The notes beneath the pieces were generated by a model. It was given only the letters and a program-made list of their open reading frames with translations, did not search any database and was not told where the DNA came from. From assembly GCA_948934525.1 (NCBI GenBank), contig CAQZSK010000001.1, positions 222,574-286,573 of the forward strand: a stretch of DNA of 64,000 bases, read 5' to 3'. The position numbers and the translations under genes are program-made. The DNA is from an uncultured Clostridia bacterium. GTDB lineage: Bacteria > Bacillota > Clostridia > TANB77 > CAG-508. Shown in pieces: positions 53,883-61,951 of the stretch. Positions within the stretch are counted from its first letter, which is position 1. Each line of letters starts with the position of its first letter.

Positions 53883-54708
53883 AGCAATTACCTCCGATAA
53901 TTCTCATTAAATAGCCATAAATCAGCTTTTTATCTTCCTTTATTTCAGATATTCGTACTAGGACAGTATCAAGATAGTGTGGATAATTATTAAACCTTGC
54001 TGGAACTCTTGCAAGGCAAGTAACCTTCGTATTATCTAATTGAACTATAATACCAGAATTATTTTTTGGAAATGCAATTACTTTTCCAGTATATTCGCCA
54101 CCTTCAGTAGTAAACTTTCTAATATTTTTATATGGATTTTCTAAAAAGTCTTTGCTACTTAGTTCATATATACCTTTTTGAATATCGATGGCTTTAATTC
54201 TTACTTTTAGATATCCTCCTGGAGAATATAATTCTTTACAATTTGTTATATAGGTATGTTGTAAATTCTCCGCTTTGATAATTACTTCTTTTCCATACAA
54301 TTCTACTACTATATGTTTTGTACTTACTGCTAAAATTCGTACTCTTACAGTGTCATTTACCTGTAGTCCTGGCAATTCTAATTCTGCTCGTAGTTGCATT
54401 GCGTCTTTTCTACTTGCAATTACTATATTAGAAATTTCGTCTATTTCTATTACTATAAAATCAATTTCTGCACCTAGTACCCCTCTAATAACTGACTTAT
54501 TTTGCTTTTCTGTTCCTAAACCTAAATGTGTTATAGGTATCAGTATTTTCATATTGTTATACCATATAATAGCACAGGGAATACTCTCGTTTCTAACCTT
54601 GTAATATTCATTTTCTATTCCAGTAATTTTACCTGTTAATATTCTCTTTTCATCTCTACTTCTAATAAATTCTTTTATTACTAATTCTTCCAATGATTTC
54701 ACCTCCAC
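53872..54708 (-). CDS. multi-S1 (OB-fold) RNA-binding domain protein
   Basis: Repeated S1-like blocks (ILTGKITGIENEYYKV..., VNDTVRVRILAVSTKHIVVEL, EYTGKVIAFPKNNSGIIVQL). The probable start is TTG 54693 (GGAGG 8 nt upstream). Confidence 0.55.
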   Translation of the reverse strand: MEVKSLEELVIKEFIRSRDEKRILTGKITGIENEYYKVRNESIPCAIIWYNNMKILIPITHLGLGTEKQNKSVIRGVLGAEIDFIVIEIDEISNIVIASRKDAMQLRAELELPGLQVNDTVRVRILAVSTKHIVVELYGKEVIIKAENLQHTYITNCKELYSPGGYLKVRIKAIDIQKGIYELSSKDFLENPYKNIRKFTTEGGEYTGKVIAFPKNNSGIIVQLDNTKVTCLARVPARFNNYPHYLDTVLVRISEIKEDKKLIYGYLMRIIGGNCYGR

Positions 54709-54711
54709 TAA

Positions 54712-54744
54712 AAAAGCACCTACCTTTTAAGGTAAATGCTATAT
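54712..54744 (-). terminator. rho-independent terminator, copy A of a duplicated 33-bp sequence
   Basis: GCACCTACC-TTTTAA-GGTAAATGC with a U-run on the minus strand. Identical apart from 2 loop bases to 57411-57443. Confidence 0.6.
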
Positions 54745-54766
54745 TCCATAATATTCTTCTAAAATA

Positions 54767-54800
54767 GGAAAGGCTACAGTTATCAAACTGTAGCCTTTCC
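54767..54800 (-). terminator. perfect 14-bp stem hairpin downstream of the GC-rich gene
   Basis: GGAAAGGCTACAGT-TATCAA-ACTGTAGCCTTTCC. Confidence 0.5.
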
Positions 54801-54833
54801 TCCTCAATAATCATATAGATAACTATTGAAGGC

Positions 54834-54848
54834 GGAAACTAGAGGTCT
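54834..54848. repeat. 15-bp perfect inverted repeat, left copy
   Basis: GGAAACTAGAGGTCT. Its exact reverse complement is at 55476-55490. Confidence 0.85.
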
Positions 54849-54885
54849 AAACTAATTAGTTACTTTGAAAAATGATATTGCTGGA

Positions 54886-55452
54886 TTACGTCAGAGAATA
54901 GTAGTACCTTATAAAGCAAGTCCGACTCGCCTGAAAACGTCCTGTGTCGCTAAGGATTCTAAAGAAAATCTGAACCTTTTGCCCCTTAGTGACATTTGTC
55001 TCTACCGTATCGCCATGCTTATCAACTTGCCATTGGGTCGGCGAATGTCCGTTGGCATATCGATTATTTTCCGCCAGAACCTTTCCTGTCGATGCATTCT
55101 TGATTTGCGTAACCACATATCCTGTTCCAGACTTAAAAGAAAAGAATGTATAGATCATAAGTCGACCAGATTTTCCCATAGTCTTCACAGGCGTCAGGTT
55201 GTTGCCAAGCATCTCAAACTCACCGACATAGGTATAGTTGGAACTGCTCCAAGTGGCATTTCCGTCGGCGCCCAGTGGCATTGCACTGGCATCGATTTCA
55301 GCCACATAGGCCTGTTCTTCCTCGTCCCAAACGGCCACTCCGCTACCGAAAGTTTCCTCATCGGCAAGAGTGGGGGCAGCCGCGAAAGCTGCTGTGGTCA
55401 TACCCATGCACATGGCAACCGCCATAAGCATTGCTAAAAACCGTTTACGCAT
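54886..55452 (-). CDS. secreted ~188-aa beta-rich protein, compositionally foreign (about 50% GC)
   Basis: ATG 55452 with an AAAGGAGA SD 7 nt upstream. Signal peptide MRKRFLAMLMAVAMCMGMTTAAFAAAP. Two hand-counted 60-nt lines gave 47% and 58% GC. No family recognised. Confidence 0.6.
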   Translation of the reverse strand: MRKRFLAMLMAVAMCMGMTTAAFAAAPTLADEETFGSGVAVWDEEEQAYVAEIDASAMPLGADGNATWSSSNYTYVGEFEMLGNNLTPVKTMGKSGRLMIYTFFSFKSGTGYVVTQIKNASTGKVLAENNRYANGHSPTQWQVDKHGDTVETNVTKGQKVQIFFRILSDTGRFQASRTCFIRYYYSLT

Positions 55453-55475
55453 TATATAGTCTCCTTTCATATCAA

Positions 55476-55490
55476 AGACCTCTAGTTTCC
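55476..55490. repeat. 15-bp perfect inverted repeat, right copy
   Basis: AGACCTCTAGTTTCC, located between the promoter and the SD of the GC-rich gene. Confidence 0.85.
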
Positions 55491-55515
55491 TGTGTAAAAA
55501 ATTTACACGTCTTAT

Positions 55516-55544
55516 ATTATAATGCGTTTTTCTTCCATTGTCAA
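55516..55544 (-). promoter_or_regulatory. consensus sigma-A promoter reading into the IR-bounded cassette
   Basis: On the minus strand: TTGACA (55544-55539), 17 nt, TATAAT (55521-55516). Confidence 0.55.
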
Positions 55545-55600
55545 TATTAACTTTGTAATTTCTTGTAAATATTTATATTTTTTTATATAATATGTTATTT

Positions 55601-56758
55601 TTATTTATTATTTGACATAAAGTAAAGTGGATTTCCTCCAATTATCTCTCCTGTCGTTGCATCAATATAATATGTGTAGTATTCATCATAAATATTAGTA
55701 TTGCTATTAGACTGATTTAGAGTATCATATTCTATTGTTACCATCCATACTTTTCTAATACGACTATCTGTACGATAAATTATGGTATTATTTAAAGAGT
55801 AATTCTTTGAATGTCTTTCTTGATAATACTGGTCATAATCCACTTTCCTTGCATAGGCATCACCATTCATCTTAGCAATGTCTAAATTAGAATGGATGCT
55901 CTTGACATTGTATCCAGTATTAATTTGTTGCTCTGCATCTACTGCAATCTTTTCAGCTTGCTCTTTAGATACTTCAATTGAATTATTATCATATTCTTCA
56001 TCTTTGAATATAAAATAGTATATTTCGTTTATTTCAGGTATAAATCCTATTTTTATTGTCTCATATGGATTTACTATTTCATCATATTTTTTACTAAAAT
56101 CGGCATACCAAATATATGCCTCTTTCTCAGATACTAGATTAGAACTTATTTCAACTTCCGAATATTTTTTTGATGAATAGCCATATTTTTCACATAATTC
56201 TTTTGCTACTGTTGTTGCTTTCTCTTCTGTCGTCCTGTAATTATCAATATCTTTAGCTAATACACTTTCAAAAAATACAGAAAAAGACTTCCCTTTTTGT
56301 GCTTCAAATTCAACAAAACTTCCATTAGTAGTTTCAATATGCCATATTAATTCATAATTGTTTGGATTATTATCTAGTTCAATTAACTTTATTACTTCAT
56401 TATTATGTCCAAATTTCTTTAATAATTCCTTAGCCCTTAATTCTGCATCATTTTTAGACATTGCTCTTGCTTTTTCTATTTCTGTAACTCTGTTTTTCTC
56501 ATTATTTTCTTCTGCATAAAAACCAATTACTTTTTCTGGCTCTTTCCATATATTATTGGTTAATATTGTTCCAGCATACACAATTCCTGTAGTCACTAAT
56601 AAACTTACACAAGCTGTTATTGCTATCTTTGGAAATGAATAATAAATTGCTTTTTTTCTTTCTTTTTGTAATTCTTCTTTAATAACTTTTTCTAGTTTGC
56701 TAGGAACTTCTATATCTAAAGCTAAATCATGATATAACTTTTTATCTAGTTCATCCAT
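55601..56758 (-). CDS. anti-sigma factor-like membrane protein with PepSY-like repeats
   Basis: Short cytoplasmic N-terminus, one TM and three repeats of a (A/E)xxxAKELxxKYGY-type module. The start lies 3 nt after the sigma gene stop. Confidence 0.5.
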   Translation of the reverse strand: MDELDKKLYHDLALDIEVPSKLEKVIKEELQKERKKAIYYSFPKIAITACVSLLVTTGIVYAGTILTNNIWKEPEKVIGFYAEENNEKNRVTEIEKARAMSKNDAELRAKELLKKFGHNNEVIKLIELDNNPNNYELIWHIETTNGSFVEFEAQKGKSFSVFFESVLAKDIDNYRTTEEKATTVAKELCEKYGYSSKKYSEVEISSNLVSEKEAYIWYADFSKKYDEIVNPYETIKIGFIPEINEIYYFIFKDEEYDNNSIEVSKEQAEKIAVDAEQQINTGYNVKSIHSNLDIAKMNGDAYARKVDYDQYYQERHSKNYSLNNTIIYRTDSRIRKVWMVTIEYDTLNQSNSNTNIYDEYYTYYIDATTGEIIGGNPLYFMSNNK

Positions 56759-56760
56759 TT

Positions 56761-57285
56761 TTATTCTCCTCCTAATTTTAAAACATTTCTAATCTTCTGT
56801 TTTGCTCGGTTTCTCTTTGTTGTTACAGTGCTTTCTTTTAGATTCAAAATTTGGCCAATTTCTTTATCTGTAAATCTTTCCATATAATATAAAATTATGA
56901 TAATTCTATCTTCATATTTCAGCTTTCTACACATAAAATTAAAATCTAATACAGTGTCTATATTTTCTATATTTGAAATTTCATTTGCAATATCTTTCTC
57001 AGTATCTTCAAAAGATATTATCTTTTTCTTAGTCTTTTGCCTATAAATGTAATTGCTTTGATTTATCAAAATCTTAATTATCCATGTTCTGAAGTATTCT
57101 ACGTGCTTTAATTTTTTTATAGATTTAAAGGCGATTAAAATTGTTTCTTGCACTGCGTCATATATATCCTCATCATCTCTCAATCTCATTTTAGCAATTT
57201 TATATAAATCTTTTTCTAATGATAATATGAGGGTGGAAAAGGCTTCTTTGTTTCCCTTCCTTGCTTCTTCTACTAACTCCTCCAT
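56761..57285 (-). CDS. ECF-type sigma-70 family sigma factor
   Basis: Region 2 DAVQETILIAFKSIKKLKHVEYFRTWIIKILINQ. Region 4 FTDKEIGQILNLKESTVTTKRNRAKQKI. Confidence 0.8.
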   Translation of the reverse strand: MEELVEEARKGNKEAFSTLILSLEKDLYKIAKMRLRDDEDIYDAVQETILIAFKSIKKLKHVEYFRTWIIKILINQSNYIYRQKTKKKIISFEDTEKDIANEISNIENIDTVLDFNFMCRKLKYEDRIIIILYYMERFTDKEIGQILNLKESTVTTKRNRAKQKIRNVLKLGGE

Positions 57286-57410
57286 AGTAAATACCTCTCT
57301 AATTTTGTTTGCAAACTCAACTATAGTATTAGATGAGTTTTAATAGAATTTCCTTTCATTCTTTATAAAATATTTTTTATTTTTTCACTTTTTAATGGCA
57401 CTATAAATTT

Positions 57411-57443
57411 AAAAGCACCTACCTTTTTTGGTAAATGCTATAT
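57411..57443 (-). terminator. rho-independent terminator, copy B of the duplicated 33-bp sequence
   Basis: GCACCTACC-TTTTTT-GGTAAATGC downstream of ORF 57481-58074. Confidence 0.6.
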
Positions 57444-57480
57444 CTCTTTAAAATATTGCCTTGATAAATTTTAGTTTTAT

Positions 57481-58074
57481 TTATTCAAAATAAATATTAT
57501 TTACATATCCCTCTGGATAAAATCCCAAACTATCTTCAACAGGTGGAAAATGGCTTAATATGTTATCTACAAAACTGTAATACTCTTCTAGATCATTCAT
57601 AAATTCTTGGTTGCTTCCAATATCTCGGTAATTAAATATATGAATTGAGTTCCTCATACTTTGAATTTTATCAACCCAAATATATTCTTTACTACTCTTA
57701 TCATCCCATAATTTTCCATTGCTAAACTCTTTTAGTTTCTCAAGTTTCATATTCTCAGGTTCAATAATTTTTCCTTTGCTATTAGGCTTAGCATCTTTTA
57801 AATAATCTATATAGAAAACACAATAAAAAAATTTAAGCCACGATTCTACTAATGCTCCGAGATTCGTTCTTGCTAAAATAAGTTCTCCAACAGTCATGTC
57901 TTCACCTTTATCAATCCATATTGATAAACAATTCGTTAATTCTACCATCCAATCTAGCATAGCCTTGTCCATTTTATTAGCTACTTTTGAATCAACAATT
58001 CCACGAAGTTCTTTCCATATTAAGGCCGAATTACGAGTTTGTATTTTTAATATTTCATATTTTGAACGTTCCAT
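57481..58074 (-). CDS. hypothetical cytoplasmic protein
   Basis: 197-aa ORF with no motif recognised. Confidence 0.5.
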   Translation of the reverse strand: MERSKYEILKIQTRNSALIWKELRGIVDSKVANKMDKAMLDWMVELTNCLSIWIDKGEDMTVGELILARTNLGALVESWLKFFYCVFYIDYLKDAKPNSKGKIIEPENMKLEKLKEFSNGKLWDDKSSKEYIWVDKIQSMRNSIHIFNYRDIGSNQEFMNDLEEYYSFVDNILSHFPPVEDSLGFYPEGYVNNIYFE

Positions 58075-58123
58075 TTATCTCCCTCCTCGTATAATTTATT
58101 TATGAATTTAATTATATCACATA

Positions 58124-59884
58124 TTAAAAATTATCCCAACTAATTTTTTCCTTTTTGATCACTTTTTCGCTTTTCTTTTCTTGGATTGTTATTTGCTTTG
58201 GATTATTTTTAATCCATTTTGGGTTATATCGTGAAATTGGACTGTCTTGTAATTTTATTGCAAGTGGGTGTTCTTTGTATATCATTTTATCCAGTAGTAT
58301 TGGCTTATTTCCACGCAAACTTAGCATTAACTTAGTAATTGGTAGCCTTAGTATCTCATCTACATTCATTAAATTTCGTTCTAATGTTGATATGTTCTTT
58401 TGTCCATATTCTTCCAAATCTCCCTCTAGTGAATTTGATTTTCGTATTGAACTAGTTTCAGCAGTTGCGACACCTAGAAGGTTACAAAAATATTGTGCGG
58501 TTAAGATATCTGTTGTAGACATATTCATTCGTTCGTCGCAATTTCCTATTATTTCATCAGATAAACCGGTTCGGATAACGATTCTCAAATTGACCGTATA
58601 TTTTGTAAAATTATAATTAGTGAAATTCCGTCTACTACGAACAGTACTAATCTTTCTGTTAAAGTCAGGAATTTGACCGAATATTTGCAAATTCATCCAG
58701 GAAAAAATATACTTCATTTTCACATTTTCCATTTTCTCTTGTATCAGCATACCTTACAAGTTTTATGAACAGGAAGGTATAGAATAGTGAGGCTATAAAA
58801 TCGAAGGATGCGTTCATATCACTTGTTATGACATAATAAATACAAGCCTCTTTTCCTGGTAGTGTCAAATCGATATCCGTTTCATTAGTTATTTTTTGTA
58901 AATCTTCATTTTGAAACATCTGTAATCTAGTTCCTAAGCCTGTGATAACACTTGCTTTTATTGTATCACTTCCTGAAGCAAATATATTATAGCTCATTTT
59001 TGCTGGACTATTTGATGGCATCTTTTTAAACATTTCGTCTAATTCTGTAATATCTCCATTAGCAATATTTTGATAGACATTAGTCAAATTATTATTGTCA
59101 GAAATATTTTCTAAAAAGTAAAATTCAAATGCTTTTAACAGATTTTCTTCAGCACGAGGCCAAAACTCATCACTACCATTATTATGCCTTTGTGTATTTG
59201 AGATAATAACATTTGCACTAGTCTGAACATCAGTAATATCTTCATTTTCTTTTAGCGGATTCCAACGGTCACTATGTCGCATATCCTTTAAGTTTAGAAC
59301 TTTGACTGTATATCCAATACTTCTAAAATAACTAGAAGTAATGCGATAAATCTCTCCGCTTTGGATCAGTTACTACCATTGATTTTTTGTACTTTGAAAG
59401 TTCTAGTAAATTAGTAATTAAAAAGCCTATTGTTTTCATACTTCCGGCTACTTCCAAAAACACATATATTTTTATTGAAGTACGATTGAAAAGGTAACTT
59501 AACAATATTTCCATTGTATTTTCCTAATATGATACCTGGTACTTCGTTAAAGCCTAATATTTTTTGCATTTCTTTTTCAGTCATCCAGTTTGCAGTTCCA
59601 TAAGTTCCATCTTCCGTCTTAAAATTAATTCCCTTATTTTGCTCTTGTTTTTTGAAAAAGACAAGTAATATGTCTAATATAATTAAAACGGAAATAATGG
59701 CAATTATGAGGCAAATTAGCATATATAAATTATTAGTTATAATAATATTTCTTCCAAAGCATTTTTCTAATACCTCAATATAATTTTTCACATTAAAGTC
59801 AAGCACAACATTTAAAATAAAACAAAAAAATAAAAAGATATAAAAAATTATCTTCTTAGGCATAGTAAATTCTCTCTTTCTCAA
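58124..59884 (-). pseudogene. VirD4/TraG-type type IV coupling protein, multiply frameshifted
   Basis: Four overlapping ORF pieces. They carry an N-terminal double TM, a degenerate Walker A (GSMKT..VVTDPK), Walker B FFLDEFANI, then IPDFNRKISTVRSR, IIGNCD and LRGNKPILLDKMIYKEHP. Confidence 0.75.
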
Positions 59885-60776
59885 TGTATTCTTCTAAATA
59901 GACAGTAATATAATGTGCTGTTGGAAGTTCTTTTTGCAATTCCTTTTTCAATTTAATATGACATATAATGTCAATATTTCTATTTTTGTTTTCTCTTAGA
60001 AAATATTTGATTCTGTTAATTTTTTCAGTATCTAAAAAGTAAAATGTTGAAATATATTTACTGTTATAGTCAGTATAATCACAAAAATTATATTCAGAAA
60101 GAAATACTTTATTTTTGTAATTTTCTTCTAATATCTTATTCCAATCCACACTATTTAAGTATTTTAGCTTTTCCATATTTTCTAAAGTATCCTCTATCAC
60201 TAGAACTTGGTTGGTTCCAAATGTAAATTCGTCTATATTAATTCTACTTATATCATTTACTAAAATAATGATATTCTTGTAGTACATTTCTTTTTGTATG
60301 TCATATATAACTGATTTTATATACTTTTTGTCGTGTTCTTCTGTTATAGCATAAGTTAAGTATTCAATTCCATTAATGTTAAAAATCCCAATAAATCTTC
60401 TCGATGTTGTTGTAAAAGCCTGCTTATCTTTTATATCAAATGACGGTTTAAATCTTACAATATCGCTATTATGATAAAGTGTTGCTAGATGACTTAGATA
60501 CAATAATCGTGGTAAATATTTTACATTTCTGTTTCGTTTATTATATTTAAAGTTAGAAAGCATACAATATTCTATTCCTATTTCAGCTAGTACCAAGTTG
60601 TTTTTTACTTTTCTTAAATACTTCTTTTCAATTAATCTTCTAATTCGTTCTCGATAATATCTATTAGAAGAAAAGAAATATTTACTATCAGTAACTTTCA
60701 AATATTGATACCTAGCAATAAATTTTATCAGTTCAATCTCCTCAAATCCATTAGGAAAATAGTTCAAAAAAATCAC
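59856..60776 (-). CDS. replication-relaxation family protein (paralog of 20047-20985)
   Basis: See 20047-20985. The probable start is TTG 60767 (GGGAGGTGA SD). Confidence 0.55.
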   Translation of the reverse strand: MIFLNYFPNGFEEIELIKFIARYQYLKVTDSKYFFSSNRYYRERIRRLIEKKYLRKVKNNLVLAEIGIEYCMLSNFKYNKRNRNVKYLPRLLYLSHLATLYHNSDIVRFKPSFDIKDKQAFTTTSRRFIGIFNINGIEYLTYAITEEHDKKYIKSVIYDIQKEMYYKNIIILVNDISRINIDEFTFGTNQVLVIEDTLENMEKLKYLNSVDWNKILEENYKNKVFLSEYNFCDYTDYNSKYISTFYFLDTEKINRIKYFLRENKNRNIDIICHIKLKKELQKELPTAHYITVYLEEYIEKERIYYA

Positions 60777-60807
60777 CTCCCAAAGTTAATTCAAAAAATT
60801 ATACTTT

Positions 60808-60846
60808 GGTAGGAGATGACACAGCTTACGCTGTCCCATCCCTACC
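60808..60846. promoter_or_regulatory. imperfect hairpin upstream of the replication-relaxation gene (candidate oriT/operator)
   Basis: GGTAGG...ACAGC-TTAC-GCTGT...CCTACC preceded by the conserved AATTATACTTTGGTAGG. The outer stem is conserved and the inner stem differs from the 20999-21033 copy while keeping its pairing. Confidence 0.4.
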
Positions 60847-60961
60847 TACACACAGTGAAATCGAGTATGTATTCCTTAAAAGTATTATAATAACTGCGTT
60901 TTCCCTTTTCATACATCTATGCCAATTTTAAAAGCCAAAAAAAGAAGAATTTGGCATACTT

Positions 60962-61588
60962 TTAGGTACAACAATCTTCTAAAAATTCACTAATATTTTT
61001 GCTATCAAAAACATAAATTTCGGTATGAGGTTCTTCCGAAAATTCTCCTTTGACTGCATAAGACATTTTCGTCATATTGTCATCTTTTATAACCTTCGAC
61101 ATGATTAAAGCATCTGATATTGGTTTTATATATTTATTATCTACATCCCAACCAAGTATTTTATCAAATATTTTGATATAAATAAAAACCTCATTTTCAA
61201 ACTGATTTTCAAATTTTCTAGTAATTTCTGCAATATTTAATAATATTCGTTTATGTGAATGAGTTTTATTCACACTTTTATATGATGGTAAAACTTCAGG
61301 TACATATATTTTTAGTATATCTCCTAACATTTCACTCTTGTATTCATTGTCAATAGTTCTAATTTTTTCATATTCAAATTCAGTATTATTGTTATATATT
61401 TTAATTTCATTTAATATATTATATCTAGCCTTTTCAAAATTTTTCAAAAAATTTTCTATTTGTATGTCTGTTAAACTGCTATTTTCTACAACTCTGTCTA
61501 TACATTGTTGTAAATTTAATAATTCTTTTTTCATTTTTTCACTAATAATCATAAAAAAGTCCTCTCTTAAAATTATATTGAAGGGCAA
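60962..61588 (-). CDS. hypothetical protein with RusA-like C-terminal region
   Basis: WDVDNKYIKPISDALIMSKVIKDDNMTKMSYAVKG resembles the RusA D-x-D-N...DD core. The likely start is ATG 61552. Confidence 0.4.
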   Translation of the reverse strand: MPFNIILREDFFMIISEKMKKELLNLQQCIDRVVENSSLTDIQIENFLKNFEKARYNILNEIKIYNNNTEFEYEKIRTIDNEYKSEMLGDILKIYVPEVLPSYKSVNKTHSHKRILLNIAEITRKFENQFENEVFIYIKIFDKILGWDVDNKYIKPISDALIMSKVIKDDNMTKMSYAVKGEFSEEPHTEIYVFDSKNISEFLEDCCT

Positions 61589-61598
61589 GAGGGGAACA

Positions 61599-61886
61599 TT
61601 AGTCTATATTCCAATTTTCATTTTCTATAAATTCTTCATAAGCACTAAAAACTGCTTCTGTTAATTGTGTTCTTACTTCTTGATTTAATGGATGGCAAAT
61701 ATCTCTATAGTGTCCTGCCCTATCTCTTAATCTACGTGATGGCATTGAAATAAATCTGCCTTTTCCTTCTTTTTCTACTAGAGCAATACCTCTAATAATA
61801 AATTGATTGTCGAGAATAATGTTAGCATAAGCTAATACTGGTCCTCTTCTCCTAGTTTTAAATAATTTTACATCTGTAATTTCCAT
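61599..61886 (-). CDS. spoVG: SpoVG family protein
   Basis: MEITDVKLFKTRRRGPVLAYANIILDNQFIIRGIALVEKEGKGRFISMPSRR is a typical SpoVG N-terminus. Confidence 0.85.
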   Translation of the reverse strand: MEITDVKLFKTRRRGPVLAYANIILDNQFIIRGIALVEKEGKGRFISMPSRRLRDRAGHYRDICHPLNQEVRTQLTEAVFSAYEEFIENENWNID

Positions 61887-61951
61887 AATGAAATCCTCCT
61901 ATAAATAAATTTTTTTGAAGGACAAATTTATAGGAAAACTAATTATCAATT

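Noticed and set aside
54781-54792. Third copy of the 18-bp island-1 inverted repeat (TATCAAACTGT...)
   Set aside because: Only about 11-12 nt match, and they form the loop and 3' stem of an unrelated terminator hairpin. The match is probably coincidental.
54865-55437. 190-aa plus-strand ORF across the GC-rich patch
   Set aside because: It is a mirror ORF of the minus-strand gene. The minus-strand frame has the SD, a canonical signal peptide and a consensus promoter. The plus-strand translation is Arg/Cys/His-rich nonsense with no SD.
57650-57670. HEPN-type R-x4-6-H motif in ORF 57481-58074 (MRNSIH)
   Set aside because: The spacing is R-x3-H, outside the canonical HEPN range, and there is only a single occurrence. 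This is insufficient for a HEPN call.
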